A stretch of 64,000 nt of DNA from Bacteroidota bacterium (GTDB lineage Bacteria > Bacteroidota > Bacteroidia > Sphingobacteriales > Sphingobacteriaceae), in NCBI GenBank assembly GCA_013287375.1, contig JABDDX010000004.1:2449-66448 (forward strand), written 5' to 3'. The notes under the pieces were generated by a model. The model was not told the origin of the DNA. It worked only from the letters and a program-made list of their open reading frames with translations, and ran no database searches. Both the position numbers and the translations under genes were made by a program. This document shows, in pieces, positions 1 to 11,223 of this stretch; positions within the stretch are counted from its first letter, which is position 1, and every line of letters starts with the position of its first letter.

Positions 1-410
1 TATACGGTTGATTCGTAGATCACAATATCGCCCTTTTTTAAAACCTTGCCTACCGTTTCGCTGGCTTTGTACAAGTGGGTAAGGTCGGGGCGGTTTATTT
101 TATCAACCGGCGTAGGAACGGTTACAATGTAAATATTAGCTTCGCTGGTATCTTCTATCTTATCGGTACAAATTAATCCAATACTACTGCTCTTAGCGCT
201 ATCTGTGGCAGCTTTTAAACCATCTTCATCAACAGTGAGGGTATGATCGCGACCGCTATTCAATTCCGTTATTCTTTTTTTACCGGTATCAAAACCAACT
301 ACACGGTATTTCTTGGCGAATTCAACACCTAAAGGCAGGCCCACATAACCCAAACCAATTATAGCTATCTTAATATTTTGCAGATCAGTTTGTGTAGTTG
401 TTAAGGGCAT
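1..410 (-). CDS. Nucleotide-sugar dehydrogenase (UDP-glucose/GDP-mannose dehydrogenase family, WbpO/TviB-like), 5' part; runs off the window
   Basis: Hand translation from ATG at 410: MPLTTTQTDLQNIKIAIIGLGYVGLPLGVEFAKKY...IVTVPTPVD...IVIYESTVY. Has the Rossmann GxGYVG, VPTP and EST motifs. Not in the ORF track. Confidence 0.9.
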   Translation of the reverse strand, partial: MPLTTTQTDLQNIKIAIIGLGYVGLPLGVEFAKKYRVVGFDTGKKRITELNSGRDHTLTVDEDGLKAATDSAKSSSIGLICTDKIEDTSEANIYIVTVPTPVDKINRPDLTHLYKASETVGKVLKKGDIVIYESTV

Positions 411-448
411 TTTATAGGTTGATTTTTATTATAAATGTCGGTGTTTTA

Positions 449-865
449 TTATTCTTGTTCTTTATCGTCAGGTGTGCTGAAGAAATCATCTTTCAGGTCG
501 TCAATTTCGCGGCGGTCTCTTTTGGTTGGGCGGCCTGTACCCCTGTCGCGGGTTAATACCGGCGCGTTGAACATAGATTTGTAAGCCGTAGTTTGCTCAA
601 GCGGGGTAACATCTTCATAAAAGAAAACAGCGGTTTTAGCATCCACCCTACTCTCTAATAAACCGGTTACCTTTATCACCTTGCGTTCCAATCCTTTTGA
701 TACCTGGTATACCTCGCCCACTTTCACTTCGTGCGATGGTTTGATGTTGTTGCCATCTAGTTTTACCCGACCTGCCTTGCAGGCATCAGATGCCAGCGTG
801 CGTGTTTTAAACGCCCGTATGGACCACAGGTATTTGTCTATTCTTAATTTTTCTTTTTCAGCCAT
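449..865 (-). CDS. hslR: Ribosome-associated heat shock protein Hsp15 (S4 RNA-binding domain)
   Basis: RIDKYLW..R.FKTR..A..AC..GRV motif and C-terminal GRPTKRDRR. Confidence 0.9.
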   Translation of the reverse strand: MAEKEKLRIDKYLWSIRAFKTRTLASDACKAGRVKLDGNNIKPSHEVKVGEVYQVSKGLERKVIKVTGLLESRVDAKTAVFFYEDVTPLEQTTAYKSMFNAPVLTRDRGTGRPTKRDRREIDDLKDDFFSTPDDKEQE

Positions 866-886
866 TGAGCTAAATTATTATCAGAT

Positions 887-978
887 CGTCATTGCGAGCG
901 AAGCGTGGCAATCCCCGATTATACAGAGCCGCTCTGTAAGTAGGGGATTGCCACGTCGCTACGCTCCTCGCAATGACG
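887..978. repeat. REP/MITE-like palindromic element, GTCAT...ATGAC family
   Basis: CGTCATTGCGAG..CGTGGCAATCCCC / GGGGATTGCCACG..CTCGCAATGACG nested inverted repeats. Confidence 0.8.
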
Positions 979-992
979 TATTCTATATTTTG

Positions 993-2828
993 TTATATAA
1001 TCCCGTGCAACACACCACCCTTTTCACCCATTTTGTCTACCAGTTTTTCCACTGCCGGGTCTTTTTCAAGTACCGGGGCATGGTGCGGTTTTATACGGGC
1101 ATTAATAATCAGCGGACCTTTACAGCCCCAGTGTTTATGCTCGGTAAAACTATGCACGCCATAAATATCGTGCGATGGGTTGCTGCGTGTAAATGTTACC
1201 CAAACAAAATTATCTAAATTTTGCGCCGTAAACGCCGCATCATCACAAAGTATTATTAGTGGCAAACCACTTAATTCAGCATCAATAAAATGCTCGTCCA
1301 GAATACTTAGCATATCGCCAATATCCTTATCGTTGATATATTTTGGTACCTCTACCGCCAACACACCCGGCATTACCATTTTAAAATTACTAAACGGACG
1401 GGGAATGGTAAAGTTTGCAGGTAATTCCGTCCACAGTTCTCTTTTTATATCACCTGCCACGGTAATAGCCACTTTACTACCTGTATTTAAGCCGTCGCCG
1501 CTATAATCAAGCGTATCAATGGTGGTTTTGGTGTAGAAGTGAAGATCTCTTGTCAGATCAACGCGCTGCAATATGTGTTTTAAAAACCCGCCAATGTCAT
1601 TCACATTTAAAGCCGGATCATCTTCCTTAGCAGCAATAAACAAGTACTTGGCCAAACTTAACTGGCCTGTGCCCAAAATATGGTTGGCTATGGTGAGTAT
1701 CTCCTGTGGTTGGCGCTCTTTGATGTAGGGCGTATAGCGCTCGCTGCCGATAGCAAATAGTAAAGGGTGAACACCGGCCGCATCAACCGCGTTTACGGCA
1801 TGCAGGCCGGGTATTTCTTTTGGCATAGCTGATCCTGTAATCTCATGGATCAACGCGCCAAAACTGGTATCTTCCTGCGGTGGCCTGCCTACTACGGTGA
1901 ATGACCATATCGCACCCTTTTTATGGTATACGTTATGCACCTTCATTAAAGGGAAAGGATGCTTTAAACTATAATAACCCAAATGATCACCAAATGGGCC
2001 TTCTAACTTATTCTCATGGGGCATTACTGTGCCGGTAATTACAAAATCGGCATCTGCTGAAATGCAGAAACCTTCGGCATCATAAAAATATCTGAAACGG
2101 CGGTTTCCTAAAGCTCCGGCGAAGGTCATCTCTGATAAACCTTCGGGTAAAGGCATAACTGCTGCCACCGGATGCGATGGCGGGCCGCCTACAAATATGC
2201 TCACTTTTAAAGGTTGACCCTTTGCATTCGCTTTGGTTTGATGCACGCCTATGCCCCTGTGCAATTGGTAGTGCAGGCCTATTTCTTTATCCAGCACATA
2301 ATCATTACCCGCTAACTGGATACGGTACATGCCTAAGTTGGCATTCATAATGCCCGGCTTATCGGCATCTTCGGTGTAAACCTGTGGCATGGTAACAAAG
2401 GGGCCGCCATCATTTGGCCAGTTAACTATCTGGGGTAACTCGCTGATATGGGTGCGACCGAAGTTGATAGGTGCGCCTTTACCGACTTTCATTGGCAGGG
2501 CCGATAAAGCGGTAAGGGCTACATTAGCGTATTTAAATGGATTTTTTATGGCTTTGATAGGATCAGATTTCAAATCGACCAACGTTTTGATCTTATCCAG
2601 CGTATCCCTGAAAATAAATTCAGATCTATCGAGTGTGCCGAACAGGTTTGATACCGCCGGGAACTTACTGCCTTTTACGTTTTCGAATAATATAGCAGGG
2701 CCCTGGTTTTCAAAAACACGCAGGTGTATGGCGGCCATTTGCAGATAAGGATCAACTTCTTCCTTAACGCGTATCAGGCGACCATTTTTTTCGAGATCGG
2801 CAACACAGGCTTGTAAACTATTGTACAC
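993..2828 (-). CDS. UbiD-family (prFMN-dependent) decarboxylase, possibly quinone biosynthesis
   Basis: NLGMYRIQ, EGPFGDHLGYYS and VVGRPPQED motifs; GTG start. Confidence 0.85.
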   Translation of the reverse strand: MYNSLQACVADLEKNGRLIRVKEEVDPYLQMAAIHLRVFENQGPAILFENVKGSKFPAVSNLFGTLDRSEFIFRDTLDKIKTLVDLKSDPIKAIKNPFKYANVALTALSALPMKVGKGAPINFGRTHISELPQIVNWPNDGGPFVTMPQVYTEDADKPGIMNANLGMYRIQLAGNDYVLDKEIGLHYQLHRGIGVHQTKANAKGQPLKVSIFVGGPPSHPVAAVMPLPEGLSEMTFAGALGNRRFRYFYDAEGFCISADADFVITGTVMPHENKLEGPFGDHLGYYSLKHPFPLMKVHNVYHKKGAIWSFTVVGRPPQEDTSFGALIHEITGSAMPKEIPGLHAVNAVDAAGVHPLLFAIGSERYTPYIKERQPQEILTIANHILGTGQLSLAKYLFIAAKEDDPALNVNDIGGFLKHILQRVDLTRDLHFYTKTTIDTLDYSGDGLNTGSKVAITVAGDIKRELWTELPANFTIPRPFSNFKMVMPGVLAVEVPKYINDKDIGDMLSILDEHFIDAELSGLPLIILCDDAAFTAQNLDNFVWVTFTRSNPSHDIYGVHSFTEHKHWGCKGPLIINARIKPHHAPVLEKDPAVEKLVDKMGEKGGVLHGII

Positions 2829-2936
2829 GGATTTTTACGAATTAGATGACACGAATTTCACGAATACGATGCGCAAATATCACGAATTAACAAACAAGAA
2901 ATCATATCAAACGAGCTACATTTGTGTAGTTCGTGA

Positions 2937-3800
2937 TTATCTTACCGGTAAATTCTTCAGATATTTTCCGTAACCGCTTTTAATGTATTTTTCGGCCAGG
3001 GCCATTAACTCATCGCGATTGATAAAGCCCATGCGGTAAGCAATTTCTTCGATACAACCAATTTTGGTATCCTGGCGCTTTTCAATCACCCGAACAAACT
3101 CTGAGGCATCGCTTAATGAATCGAAAGTACCGGTATCTAACCAGGCCATCCCCCTATCCATAACACCTACTTGCAGGTTACCCCTTTTCAGGTATTCCTT
3201 GTTAACATCGGTTATCTCATATTCGCCGCGAGGTGATGGTGCTATGTTTTTGGCGATCTCAACTACCGAATTATCATAGAAATACAATCCCGGTACCGCA
3301 TAATTTGATTTTGGGGCCGAAGGTTTTTCTTCGATAGATAAGGCTTTAAAATCAGCATCAAACTCCACTACCCCATAACGTTCCGGATCAGAAACCGGGT
3401 ATGCGAAAATAGCAGCGCCATCAACATCGTTAAAACTTTGTATCAGCTTGCTAAAACCTGAACCGTAAAATATATTATCGCCCAAAACCAGGGCAGCTTT
3501 ATCATCACCAATAAACTTCTCGCCTATTACAAATGCTTGGGCCAATCCGTTTGGCACTTCTTGTACAGCAAATTCAAAATGGCAACCCAGTTCGGAGCCA
3601 TCACCCAATAAACGGATAAAACCATCCTGATCTTCGGGAGTGGTAATAATCAATACTTCTTTTATCCCAGCCAGCATCAATACCGAAAGCGGATAATAAA
3701 TCATCGGCTTATCGTATATCGGCATTAATTGTTTGCTGATAGCCTTGGTTATAGGATATAAGCGGGTTCCTGATCCGCCTGCAAGTATTATTCCTTTCAT
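2937..3800 (-). CDS. rfbA: Glucose-1-phosphate thymidylyltransferase
   Basis: [16 protein letters not shown] and WLDTGT; start placed at ATG 3800 rather than the upstream start in the track. Confidence 0.97.
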   Translation of the reverse strand: MKGIILAGGSGTRLYPITKAISKQLMPIYDKPMIYYPLSVLMLAGIKEVLIITTPEDQDGFIRLLGDGSELGCHFEFAVQEVPNGLAQAFVIGEKFIGDDKAALVLGDNIFYGSGFSKLIQSFNDVDGAAIFAYPVSDPERYGVVEFDADFKALSIEEKPSAPKSNYAVPGLYFYDNSVVEIAKNIAPSPRGEYEITDVNKEYLKRGNLQVGVMDRGMAWLDTGTFDSLSDASEFVRVIEKRQDTKIGCIEEIAYRMGFINRDELMALAEKYIKSGYGKYLKNLPVR

Positions 3801-3814
3801 GGTTGAATGTGCTA

Positions 3815-4681
3815 TTAATTTTTGAGCCTTTGTATACATACCGCCAGGCTATCCCGCCAGTATGGTATCTCAATACCAAAAGTATGTTTAATCTTTGTTT
3901 TATCCATCACTGAATAAGCGGGGCGGGTAGCCTTTGTAGGATACTCCGATGTACGAATAGGCAGCACCTTCACCTCCGTTTCCGAAAGATCAAATATCCC
4001 CTTAGCAAAATCGTACCACGAGGTTACGCCCTCGTTACTGTAATGATAAATACCATATTCCGCCTTGCCTGATGATATAATATCAAGCACGCAGGCAGCC
4101 AGGTCAATACCATAAGTTGGTGTACCTACCTGGTCGGCTATAATTTTAAGCAGGTCGCGTTCGGCACCAAGCTTAAGCATGGTTTTAACAAAGTTATTCC
4201 CGAACTCGGAGTATAACCAGCTGGTACGGATAATAAAATGCTCCGGCAATATCCTAACAATGTCTTGCTCGCCTTCCAGTTTGGTTAAACCATAAACACT
4301 AATTGGTTCAGCTATATCTTCCTCAACAAGCGGATCAGGGCTGTTACCCTTAAAAACGAAATCAGTAGATATATGTACTAATGCTGCTCCATGCACCTTA
4401 CAAGCAATTGCTAAATTCTCAGCGCCGGTTTTGTTTATTTTACGGGCTAAATCAAGCTCATCTTCGGCTTTATCTACGGCGGTATAAGCGGCGCAATTTA
4501 TAGCGTAAGCTGGGTTATAATGGGCAAAGGTTTTATCAATGGCTGCGGTATCAAGTATGTTAGCCTCGTTCTCGGGCAAGAAATGGATATTACTTATTCC
4601 TTTTTCTTCGGCTACTTTTTTTAAGCATTGGCCTAATTGACCGGCTGCACCAAATACTATAATATTTTTAATCGGGCTCAT
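3815..4681 (-). CDS. rfbD: dTDP-4-dehydrorhamnose reductase
   Basis: [36 protein letters not shown]. Confidence 0.96.
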   Translation of the reverse strand: MSPIKNIIVFGAAGQLGQCLKKVAEEKGISNIHFLPENEANILDTAAIDKTFAHYNPAYAINCAAYTAVDKAEDELDLARKINKTGAENLAIACKVHGAALVHISTDFVFKGNSPDPLVEEDIAEPISVYGLTKLEGEQDIVRILPEHFIIRTSWLYSEFGNNFVKTMLKLGAERDLLKIIADQVGTPTYGIDLAACVLDIISSGKAEYGIYHYSNEGVTSWYDFAKGIFDLSETEVKVLPIRTSEYPTKATRPAYSVMDKTKIKHTFGIEIPYWRDSLAVCIQRLKN

Positions 4682-4690
4682 GCTTATTTT

Positions 4691-5245
4691 TTAAAATCCA
4701 AAATCACTTGCGTCTTTTAAAAACGGCAATTCCTTATCTTTTTCTGATACCACAAGCTCGCTTTCGCCAAGCTCCCATTTTATATTTATTGAAGGATCGG
4801 CATAATGTAGGCCACCCTCTGACTCTTTATTGTAATAGTTATCGCATTTGTATTGAAATACGGCGGTTGGGCTTAACACTAAAAAACCGTGACCAAATCC
4901 TTTAGGGATAAAAAGCTGCTGATTGTTTTCTGCCGATAGAATTACTGAAACGTACTGACCATAGGTTGGTGAGTTTTTGCGCAGATCGATCGCTATGTCC
5001 TGAACCTCGCCCTGAGTTACTCTTACCAATTTTGATTGCGCATGCTCGCCTTTTTGCAAGTGCAGGCCGCGTAGTACGCCTTTGGTTGAGAACGACTGGT
5101 TGTCTTGTACAAAATTCACATCGTATCCAGCTGCTTCGTTAAAAGTACGCTCGTTAAATGATTCAAAAAAATGCCCGCGCTCGTCATTAAAAACACGTGG
5201 GGTAAGTATAAAGCATCCCGCTAACGGGGTAGGTGTTATGGTCAT
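4691..5245 (-). CDS. rfbC: dTDP-4-dehydrorhamnose 3,5-epimerase
   Basis: DERGHFFE, QDNQSFS..GVLRGLHLQ, GFGHGF. Confidence 0.96.
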   Translation of the reverse strand: MTITPTPLAGCFILTPRVFNDERGHFFESFNERTFNEAAGYDVNFVQDNQSFSTKGVLRGLHLQKGEHAQSKLVRVTQGEVQDIAIDLRKNSPTYGQYVSVILSAENNQQLFIPKGFGHGFLVLSPTAVFQYKCDNYYNKESEGGLHYADPSINIKWELGESELVVSEKDKELPFLKDASDFGF

Positions 5246-5268
5246 TATTATATATGATTACGCTAAAA

Positions 5269-6321
5269 TTAGCGGTTTTCGTATTGATTATCGTAGTATT
5301 TGGCATATGTACCGCTGGTAACGTTATCAAGCCATTTTTTGTTTGACAGGAACCAGTCGATTGTTGCAGAAAGTCCTTGCTCAAAAGTTACTGACGGGCT
5401 CCATCCTAACTCTTTATTGATCTTATTGGCATCAATAGCATAACGCAAATCATGACCCGGGCGATCTTTTACAAAGGTGATCAGTTTTTCGCTTGTGCCT
5501 TCGGGCCTGCCTAATTTTTCATCCATTTGTTTGCACAACAAATGCACCAGATCAATATTTTGCCACTCGTTAAAGCCGCCAATGTTATAGGTATCACCTT
5601 TTTTCCCTTTGTGGAAGATCAGGTCGATAGCGATGGCGTGGTCAATAACATACAGCCAGTCGCGGGTATATTTGCCATCACCATAAACAGGCAGCGGTTT
5701 GTTGTTGATGATGTTGTTTATAGATAGCGGAATCAATTTCTCAGGAAAATGATTCGGACCATAGTTGTTTGAGCAATTTGACACTACAACCTGTAAGCCA
5801 TAGGTATCATAGTAAGCACGTACAAAATGATCAGACGCGGCCTTGCTCGCGCTGTATGGCGAATGCGGATCATACTTGGTTTCCTCGGTAAATAAACCTG
5901 TTTCGCCTAATGCACCGTAAACCTCATCGGTTGAGATGTGATAGAAGAGATGATTTTCGTAATCACCTTTCCATTTATTTTTGGCAATATCAAGCAGAGT
6001 AACCGTACCGATAACATTGGTATACACAAAATCCATCGGACTTAGTATCGACCTATCAACATGTGATTCTGCTGCCAGGTGCACCACATCGGTTATGCCA
6101 TATTTGTCAAATATTTCGGTAATACGAGTGCTATCTTTGATATCGGCTTTTTCAAAAACATAGTTTTTGGCATGCTCAATATCTTCAAGGTTTTCGAGAT
6201 TTCCTGCATAGGTAAGCGCATCAACATTTACTATTAAGTAATCAGGATGTTGGGTAACAAACCTGCGAACTACGTGCGAACCAATAAAGCCGGCACCGCC
6301 GGTTATCATAACTTTTTTCAT
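5269..6321 (-). CDS. rfbB: dTDP-glucose 4,6-dehydratase
   Basis: TGGAGFIGS, HLAAESHVDRSI, YSASKA. ATG at 6321; the track's TTG at 6339 lies inside the promoter box. Confidence 0.96.
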   Translation of the reverse strand: MKKVMITGGAGFIGSHVVRRFVTQHPDYLIVNVDALTYAGNLENLEDIEHAKNYVFEKADIKDSTRITEIFDKYGITDVVHLAAESHVDRSILSPMDFVYTNVIGTVTLLDIAKNKWKGDYENHLFYHISTDEVYGALGETGLFTEETKYDPHSPYSASKAASDHFVRAYYDTYGLQVVVSNCSNNYGPNHFPEKLIPLSINNIINNKPLPVYGDGKYTRDWLYVIDHAIAIDLIFHKGKKGDTYNIGGFNEWQNIDLVHLLCKQMDEKLGRPEGTSEKLITFVKDRPGHDLRYAIDANKINKELGWSPSVTFEQGLSATIDWFLSNKKWLDNVTSGTYAKYYDNQYENR

Positions 6322-6336
6322 AGTGATATTATAGGT

Positions 6337-6344
6337 CAAAGGTA
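6337..6344 (-). promoter_or_regulatory. Bacteroidetes housekeeping -7 promoter box for rfbB
   Basis: TACCTTTG on the minus strand matches TAnnTTTG, 15 nt upstream of the ATG. Confidence 0.6.
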
Positions 6345-6452
6345 ATAATTTTAGTGTATTACCCTATCCTCCTCCTTTTCCTATCCCAGGGAAATGTATC
6401 GCGCCGGGCCTACGCCTTGCAACTTGGAGGTTATGATTAAAATGCTATACGC

Positions 6453-7397
6453 TTACCGTTCAGCTACTAATAAACCTTTACTCAGAAAATCCTGGTAAGC
6501 CAACGCTATTCCTTGCTCGAGCGTGGTATGATATTTCCAGCCTGCATTGGTTAATTTGGTTACATCAATTAGTTTGCGTGGCGTACCATCGGGTTTTGTG
6601 GTATCAAACTTTATTTCGCCGGTATAACCTATTATTTGTTTAATAAGTAAAGCCAGGTCTTTTATTGAAAGATCTTCGCCGGTGCCTATATTAACCAAAC
6701 CGGGTTCGTTATAGTTTTGCATCAGGTAATAGCATGCCTCCGCCAAATCATCGGCAAATAAAAACTCGCGTTTTGGCGACCCTGTTCCCCAGATAACTAC
6801 TTCGGCTGCATTTTGCTCTTTAGCCTCATGAAAACGGCGAATTAACGCAGGCAATACATGCGAATTTTGCGGATGATAGTTATCGTTTAAACCATACAAA
6901 TTTGTTGGCATTACCGATATATAGTTGCAGCCGTATTGATCGCGGTAGGCATCGCACATTTTAATGCCCGCGATTTTGGCTATAGCGTAAGGCTCGTTGG
7001 TTGGTTCCAAAGTGCCCGTTAGCAAATATTCTTCTTTTAAAGGCTGCGGCGCCATTTTTGGGTAGATACAGCTCGAGCCTAAAAACATCAGCTTTTTAAC
7101 CTCATTTACATAGGAGCTATGGATAACATTGTTTTGTATCTGTAAATTATCATACAAAAAATCAGCACGATAAGTATTATTGGCAATTATACCACCAACT
7201 TTTGCTGCCGCTAAAAATACATAATCGGGTTTTTCCTGTGCAAAAAAGTCGCTTACCTGTTGCTGGTTACGCAAATCAAGCTCGGATGAGCCGCGGGTAA
7301 CAAAATTGGTGAATCCTTCTTTAACCAGTTTACGGTATATAGCCGAACCGACCATCCCTTTATGGCCTGCAATGTATATTTTCGCTTGTTTATCCAT
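6453..7397 (-). CDS. fcl: GDP-L-fucose synthase
   Basis: [32 protein letters not shown]. Confidence 0.96.
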   Translation of the reverse strand: MDKQAKIYIAGHKGMVGSAIYRKLVKEGFTNFVTRGSSELDLRNQQQVSDFFAQEKPDYVFLAAAKVGGIIANNTYRADFLYDNLQIQNNVIHSSYVNEVKKLMFLGSSCIYPKMAPQPLKEEYLLTGTLEPTNEPYAIAKIAGIKMCDAYRDQYGCNYISVMPTNLYGLNDNYHPQNSHVLPALIRRFHEAKEQNAAEVVIWGTGSPKREFLFADDLAEACYYLMQNYNEPGLVNIGTGEDLSIKDLALLIKQIIGYTGEIKFDTTKPDGTPRKLIDVTKLTNAGWKYHTTLEQGIALAYQDFLSKGLLVAER

Positions 7398-7418
7398 TAT
7401 GCTGCAAATCTCCTGATT

Positions 7419-8681
7419 TTATTTTTGTATGCCAACATCATTCAAAAATGATTGCATTACGTTATCAATATTCAAATACTTTAATGCATAATCACGGGCA
7501 TTTTGCCGCATCTCATCCATATTTTTAGTTAGTATATTTTGTATGGCGGTTGCCAGTTCCTGCGTATCATCGGGCGTAGTAACCATCCCTACATTGTTTT
7601 CATTGATTACCTGCTCCAGGCTTGTGCCATGTGGGGCGGTAACAATACTTACGCCTCCAACGGCTAATATGGTTGTAAGTTTTGATGGCATTACCAAATC
7701 GCTCGCATCACCTTTTTGAATAATGAGGTGCACATCGGCCATGTTTAAAAAAGCATTAAAATGCTCTTTATCCTGCAAAGGGAAAAAAAATACATTACTT
7801 AATCCGCGGGCCTCAGCAAGCTCGGTCAAGTTGGTTTTATAAGGACCTGAACCTGCAATAACAAATTTAATTTGTGGTTGATCTTTTAATATCTCAGCCG
7901 CATAAATTATACTTTCTAAACCTTGTTTTTCGCCAATACTACCTGAATACAGGCATACCTGATCATCCGGTTTAAAACCCCATTGTTTTTTGGCAGCATC
8001 TCTGTCGTCCAAAGGATAAAAAAATGAAGTGTCGGCCCAGTTAGGGAAAAAGAGAACTTTTCTGCCTGCTTTTTCTTCAACCTTTTTCATCATTCCTTCG
8101 GATATAGTGCTCACGTAATCTGAGCTGCGAAGAATTTTCTTTTCAATTTTATACATCAGATTGAAGAGCCGGGAGCCACCTAAAATATTTAGCTGCTGCG
8201 CAGCCTCTATCTGCAAATCCTGGATATGATAATCAATTTTACCACCTCTAAAAAATCGATAAAAAAAAGCCAGATGAGCCAGGTGAAAAGGTGGCGCGAT
8301 AGTAATCAGCAGATCATGCTTTTTTTTAAATAGCATTTGCTGCAATACCACCATCAGTTTTACCGGCCACAATAATACATCCTGTATCATGCGCTTTGCA
8401 CCGGTAGGGAAAGCAGGAATATAAATGGGGCATCGGTAAATTGTCATAACCGTACCCTGCTCAGGATATTTAATACGCTCCCTTTTATACCATTTATTGG
8501 TATAAGGGGCCTGCACTTTCCAAAAAGGATAATATGGAAAAGTGGTTATAACAGTAGTATTATAACCATTTTTGCAAAGCCAGTCCATCATTTCGCCATT
8601 GTATTTACCTATGCCGGTTGGCTCTGGCGAAAAGTTATGACTTAAAAGTAATATACTTTTTTTGGCTGATGGTTTACTCAA
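7419..8681 (-). CDS. wcaI: GT4 glycosyltransferase, WcaI-like
   Basis: [34 protein letters not shown]; lies between gmd and fcl. Confidence 0.85.
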   Translation of the reverse strand: MSKPSAKKSILLLSHNFSPEPTGIGKYNGEMMDWLCKNGYNTTVITTFPYYPFWKVQAPYTNKWYKRERIKYPEQGTVMTIYRCPIYIPAFPTGAKRMIQDVLLWPVKLMVVLQQMLFKKKHDLLITIAPPFHLAHLAFFYRFFRGGKIDYHIQDLQIEAAQQLNILGGSRLFNLMYKIEKKILRSSDYVSTISEGMMKKVEEKAGRKVLFFPNWADTSFFYPLDDRDAAKKQWGFKPDDQVCLYSGSIGEKQGLESIIYAAEILKDQPQIKFVIAGSGPYKTNLTELAEARGLSNVFFFPLQDKEHFNAFLNMADVHLIIQKGDASDLVMPSKLTTILAVGGVSIVTAPHGTSLEQVINENNVGMVTTPDDTQELATAIQNILTKNMDEMRQNARDYALKYLNIDNVMQSFLNDVGIQK

Positions 8682-9789
8682 ACTGATTTTTGATATAGTA
8701 ACCTGATTCTTTTAAAAGTTTTTCTTTTCTGAATAACTCCAGATCGGCAGCAACCATCTCGGCTACTAATGCAGCAAGATCGTATTTTGGTTTCCAACCG
8801 AGTTTTTCATTACATTTTGTAGGATCGCCGATAAGCAAATCAACTTCTGTAGGCCTGAAATAAGCCGCATCAACTGCAACAACCTCTTTACCAACTTCAA
8901 GTTGATACTCCGGCAAAGCGCATGATACTACATAGCCTTTTTCGTCGGCACCTGTACCTTTAAACTCAATAGTTATGCCCACTTCGGCAAAAGCCATTCT
9001 TACAAATTCTCTTACTTTGGTAGTAACGCCGGTAGCTATTACAAAATCTTCGGCAACATCCTGTTGTAATATCAGGTACATGGCCTCCACATAATCTTTA
9101 GCATGGCCCCAATCGCGTTCAGCATCCAGGTTTCCTAAGAATAATTTATCCTGTAAGCCGGTAGCTATTTTTGCGGTAGCGCGGGTTATTTTGCGGGTAA
9201 CAAAAGTTTCGCCCCTAAGCGGGCTTTCGTGGTTAAATAATATACCATTACATGCAAACATGCCGTAAGCTTCGCGATAGTTTACGGTTATCCAGTAAGC
9301 GTATAATTTAGCTACCGCGTAAGGTGAGCGTGGGTAAAACGGTGTAGTTTCTGATTGAGGAACAGCCTGTACCAAGCCATATAACTCCGAGGTTGATGCC
9401 TGGTATATCTTTGTTTTTTTGTTTAAGCCGAGTATACGTACAGCTTCCAATATGCGCAGGGTGCCTATACCATCGGCATTGGCGGTATATTCGGGTGTAT
9501 CAAAACTTACTTTTACATGCGACATCGCACCTAAATTGTAAATTTCATCAGGTTGAACCTGTTGGATGATACGAATAAGGTTAGTTGAATCGGAAAGATC
9601 GCCGTAATGCAGTATGAATTTTAAGTTACTTTCGTGCGGGTCCTGATATAAATGGTCTATCCTATCAGTATTAAATAATGAGCTTCTACGTTTTATGCCA
9701 TGAACTTCATATCCTTTAGATAACAATAGTTCGGCAAGATAGGCGCCATCCTGACCAGTTATACCTGTAATTAGAGCAACTTTTTTCAT
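8674..9789 (-). CDS. gmd: GDP-mannose 4,6-dehydratase
   Basis: [29 protein letters not shown]. Confidence 0.97.
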   Translation of the reverse strand: MKKVALITGITGQDGAYLAELLLSKGYEVHGIKRRSSLFNTDRIDHLYQDPHESNLKFILHYGDLSDSTNLIRIIQQVQPDEIYNLGAMSHVKVSFDTPEYTANADGIGTLRILEAVRILGLNKKTKIYQASTSELYGLVQAVPQSETTPFYPRSPYAVAKLYAYWITVNYREAYGMFACNGILFNHESPLRGETFVTRKITRATAKIATGLQDKLFLGNLDAERDWGHAKDYVEAMYLILQQDVAEDFVIATGVTTKVREFVRMAFAEVGITIEFKGTGADEKGYVVSCALPEYQLEVGKEVVAVDAAYFRPTEVDLLIGDPTKCNEKLGWKPKYDLAALVAEMVAADLELFRKEKLLKESGYYIKNQFE

Positions 9790-9878
9790 ATATTATTAGA
9801 ATAGATCAGCACCTATAAAGGAATTGACCTGCTTTTTGTTTTAGATAATTGTAATTATTAATTTTTCAAAAAGCGAAA

Positions 9879-11171
9879 TTACGAATGAATTGTTCCCGCT
9901 GCAACAGTTTCGTTAGTGGTATCATCAATCAATATTAATGATCCGGTTATCCTGTTTTTACGGTATTCATCATAAACCAATGGCCTTGTAGTTCGCATCT
10001 TAACCATCGCCATATCATTCATCTTAATACTGGTATCCTCATCGAGTTTTTCCATGGTATTAATATTTATTTTGTAGGTCACTTCCTTAATAATTGCCAT
10101 TACCTCGTTGGTGGTGCTTTTTAAATAATATTTCGCGCCTGGTCTTGGTGGTCTCGCGGCCATCCAGCATAATAATACGTTCAGGTCCTGCCCTACTTCG
10201 GGTTCGTTATTTGTTTTAACGATCATATCGCCACGGCTCACATCAATATCATCATCCAAATTAATGGATACCGACATTGGCGAGAAAGCTTCTTCAATAT
10301 CGCCGTCAAAAGTAGTAATGGATTTTATTTTGGATGTTAATCCCGAAGGCAAAACAGTAACTTTATCACCTTTACGGAAAATGCCACCAGCCACGCGGCC
10401 TGCATAAGCGCGGTAATCATGGTATTCGTCCTGATGCGGGCGTATTACGGTTTGTACCGGAAAACGCGCATCTATATGGTTTTGATCACTGCTGATGTGG
10501 ATAGTTTCTAAGGTATCCAATAAACTTGCACCTTTGTACCAGTCCATGTTTTCGGAACGGTTAACCACGTTATCGCCATTTAAAGCGCTGATGGGGATGT
10601 AGCGTATATCGGTTATATCCAGTTTGCTGGCGAATGCTTCATATTCCTCAACAACTTTGTTGTAAGCTTCTTCGGAGAAATCAACCAGGTCCATTTTGTT
10701 GATACAAACAATAACGTGCGGGATTTTAAGCAACGACGCGATAAATGAATGGCGACAGGTTTGCTCAATTACACCGTGGCGGGCGTCAACCAAAACCAAA
10801 GCTAAATTGGCGGTTGAAGCACCGGTAACCATGTTGCGGGTATACTGGATATGCCCAGGGGTATCGGCAATAATAAACTTGCGTTTTGGGGTAGCGAAGT
10901 AACGGTAAGCAACATCAATAGTGATGCCTTGCTCACGTTCAGAACGTAAACCATCGGTAAGTAGTGATAAATCAACATGGGTAAGCCCTTTGCGCTCACT
11001 TGATTTTTTTACGGCTTCTATCTGATCTTCAAATATTGATTTTGAGTCATATAACAAACGACCGATTAACGTACTTTTTCCATCATCAACACTACCGGCA
11101 GTTGTAAAACGCAATAATTCCATTTCTTTTGTTGTGCTTGTATCTAAATATCTCTCGCGGATATTTATCAA
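9879..11171 (-). CDS. cysN: Sulfate adenylyltransferase subunit 1 (GTPase); start uncertain (TTG 11171 or ATG 11123)
   Basis: TAGSVDDGKSTLIGRLL, EREQGITIDVAYRYF, DTPGH, NKMD. Confidence 0.95.
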   Translation of the reverse strand: MINIRERYLDTSTTKEMELLRFTTAGSVDDGKSTLIGRLLYDSKSIFEDQIEAVKKSSERKGLTHVDLSLLTDGLRSEREQGITIDVAYRYFATPKRKFIIADTPGHIQYTRNMVTGASTANLALVLVDARHGVIEQTCRHSFIASLLKIPHVIVCINKMDLVDFSEEAYNKVVEEYEAFASKLDITDIRYIPISALNGDNVVNRSENMDWYKGASLLDTLETIHISSDQNHIDARFPVQTVIRPHQDEYHDYRAYAGRVAGGIFRKGDKVTVLPSGLTSKIKSITTFDGDIEEAFSPMSVSINLDDDIDVSRGDMIVKTNNEPEVGQDLNVLLCWMAARPPRPGAKYYLKSTTNEVMAIIKEVTYKININTMEKLDEDTSIKMNDMAMVKMRTTRPLVYDEYRKNRITGSLILIDDTTNETVAAGTIHS

Positions 11172-11223
11172 ATATTAACTAAAGGCCGAAGCCAAATTCT
11201 GTATAATAATCAGGGTTATTTAA

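Noticed and set aside
681-1217. 178-aa plus-strand ORF spanning hslR, the REP and the UbiD gene
   Set aside because: It overlaps two real genes in antisense and reads through a palindrome
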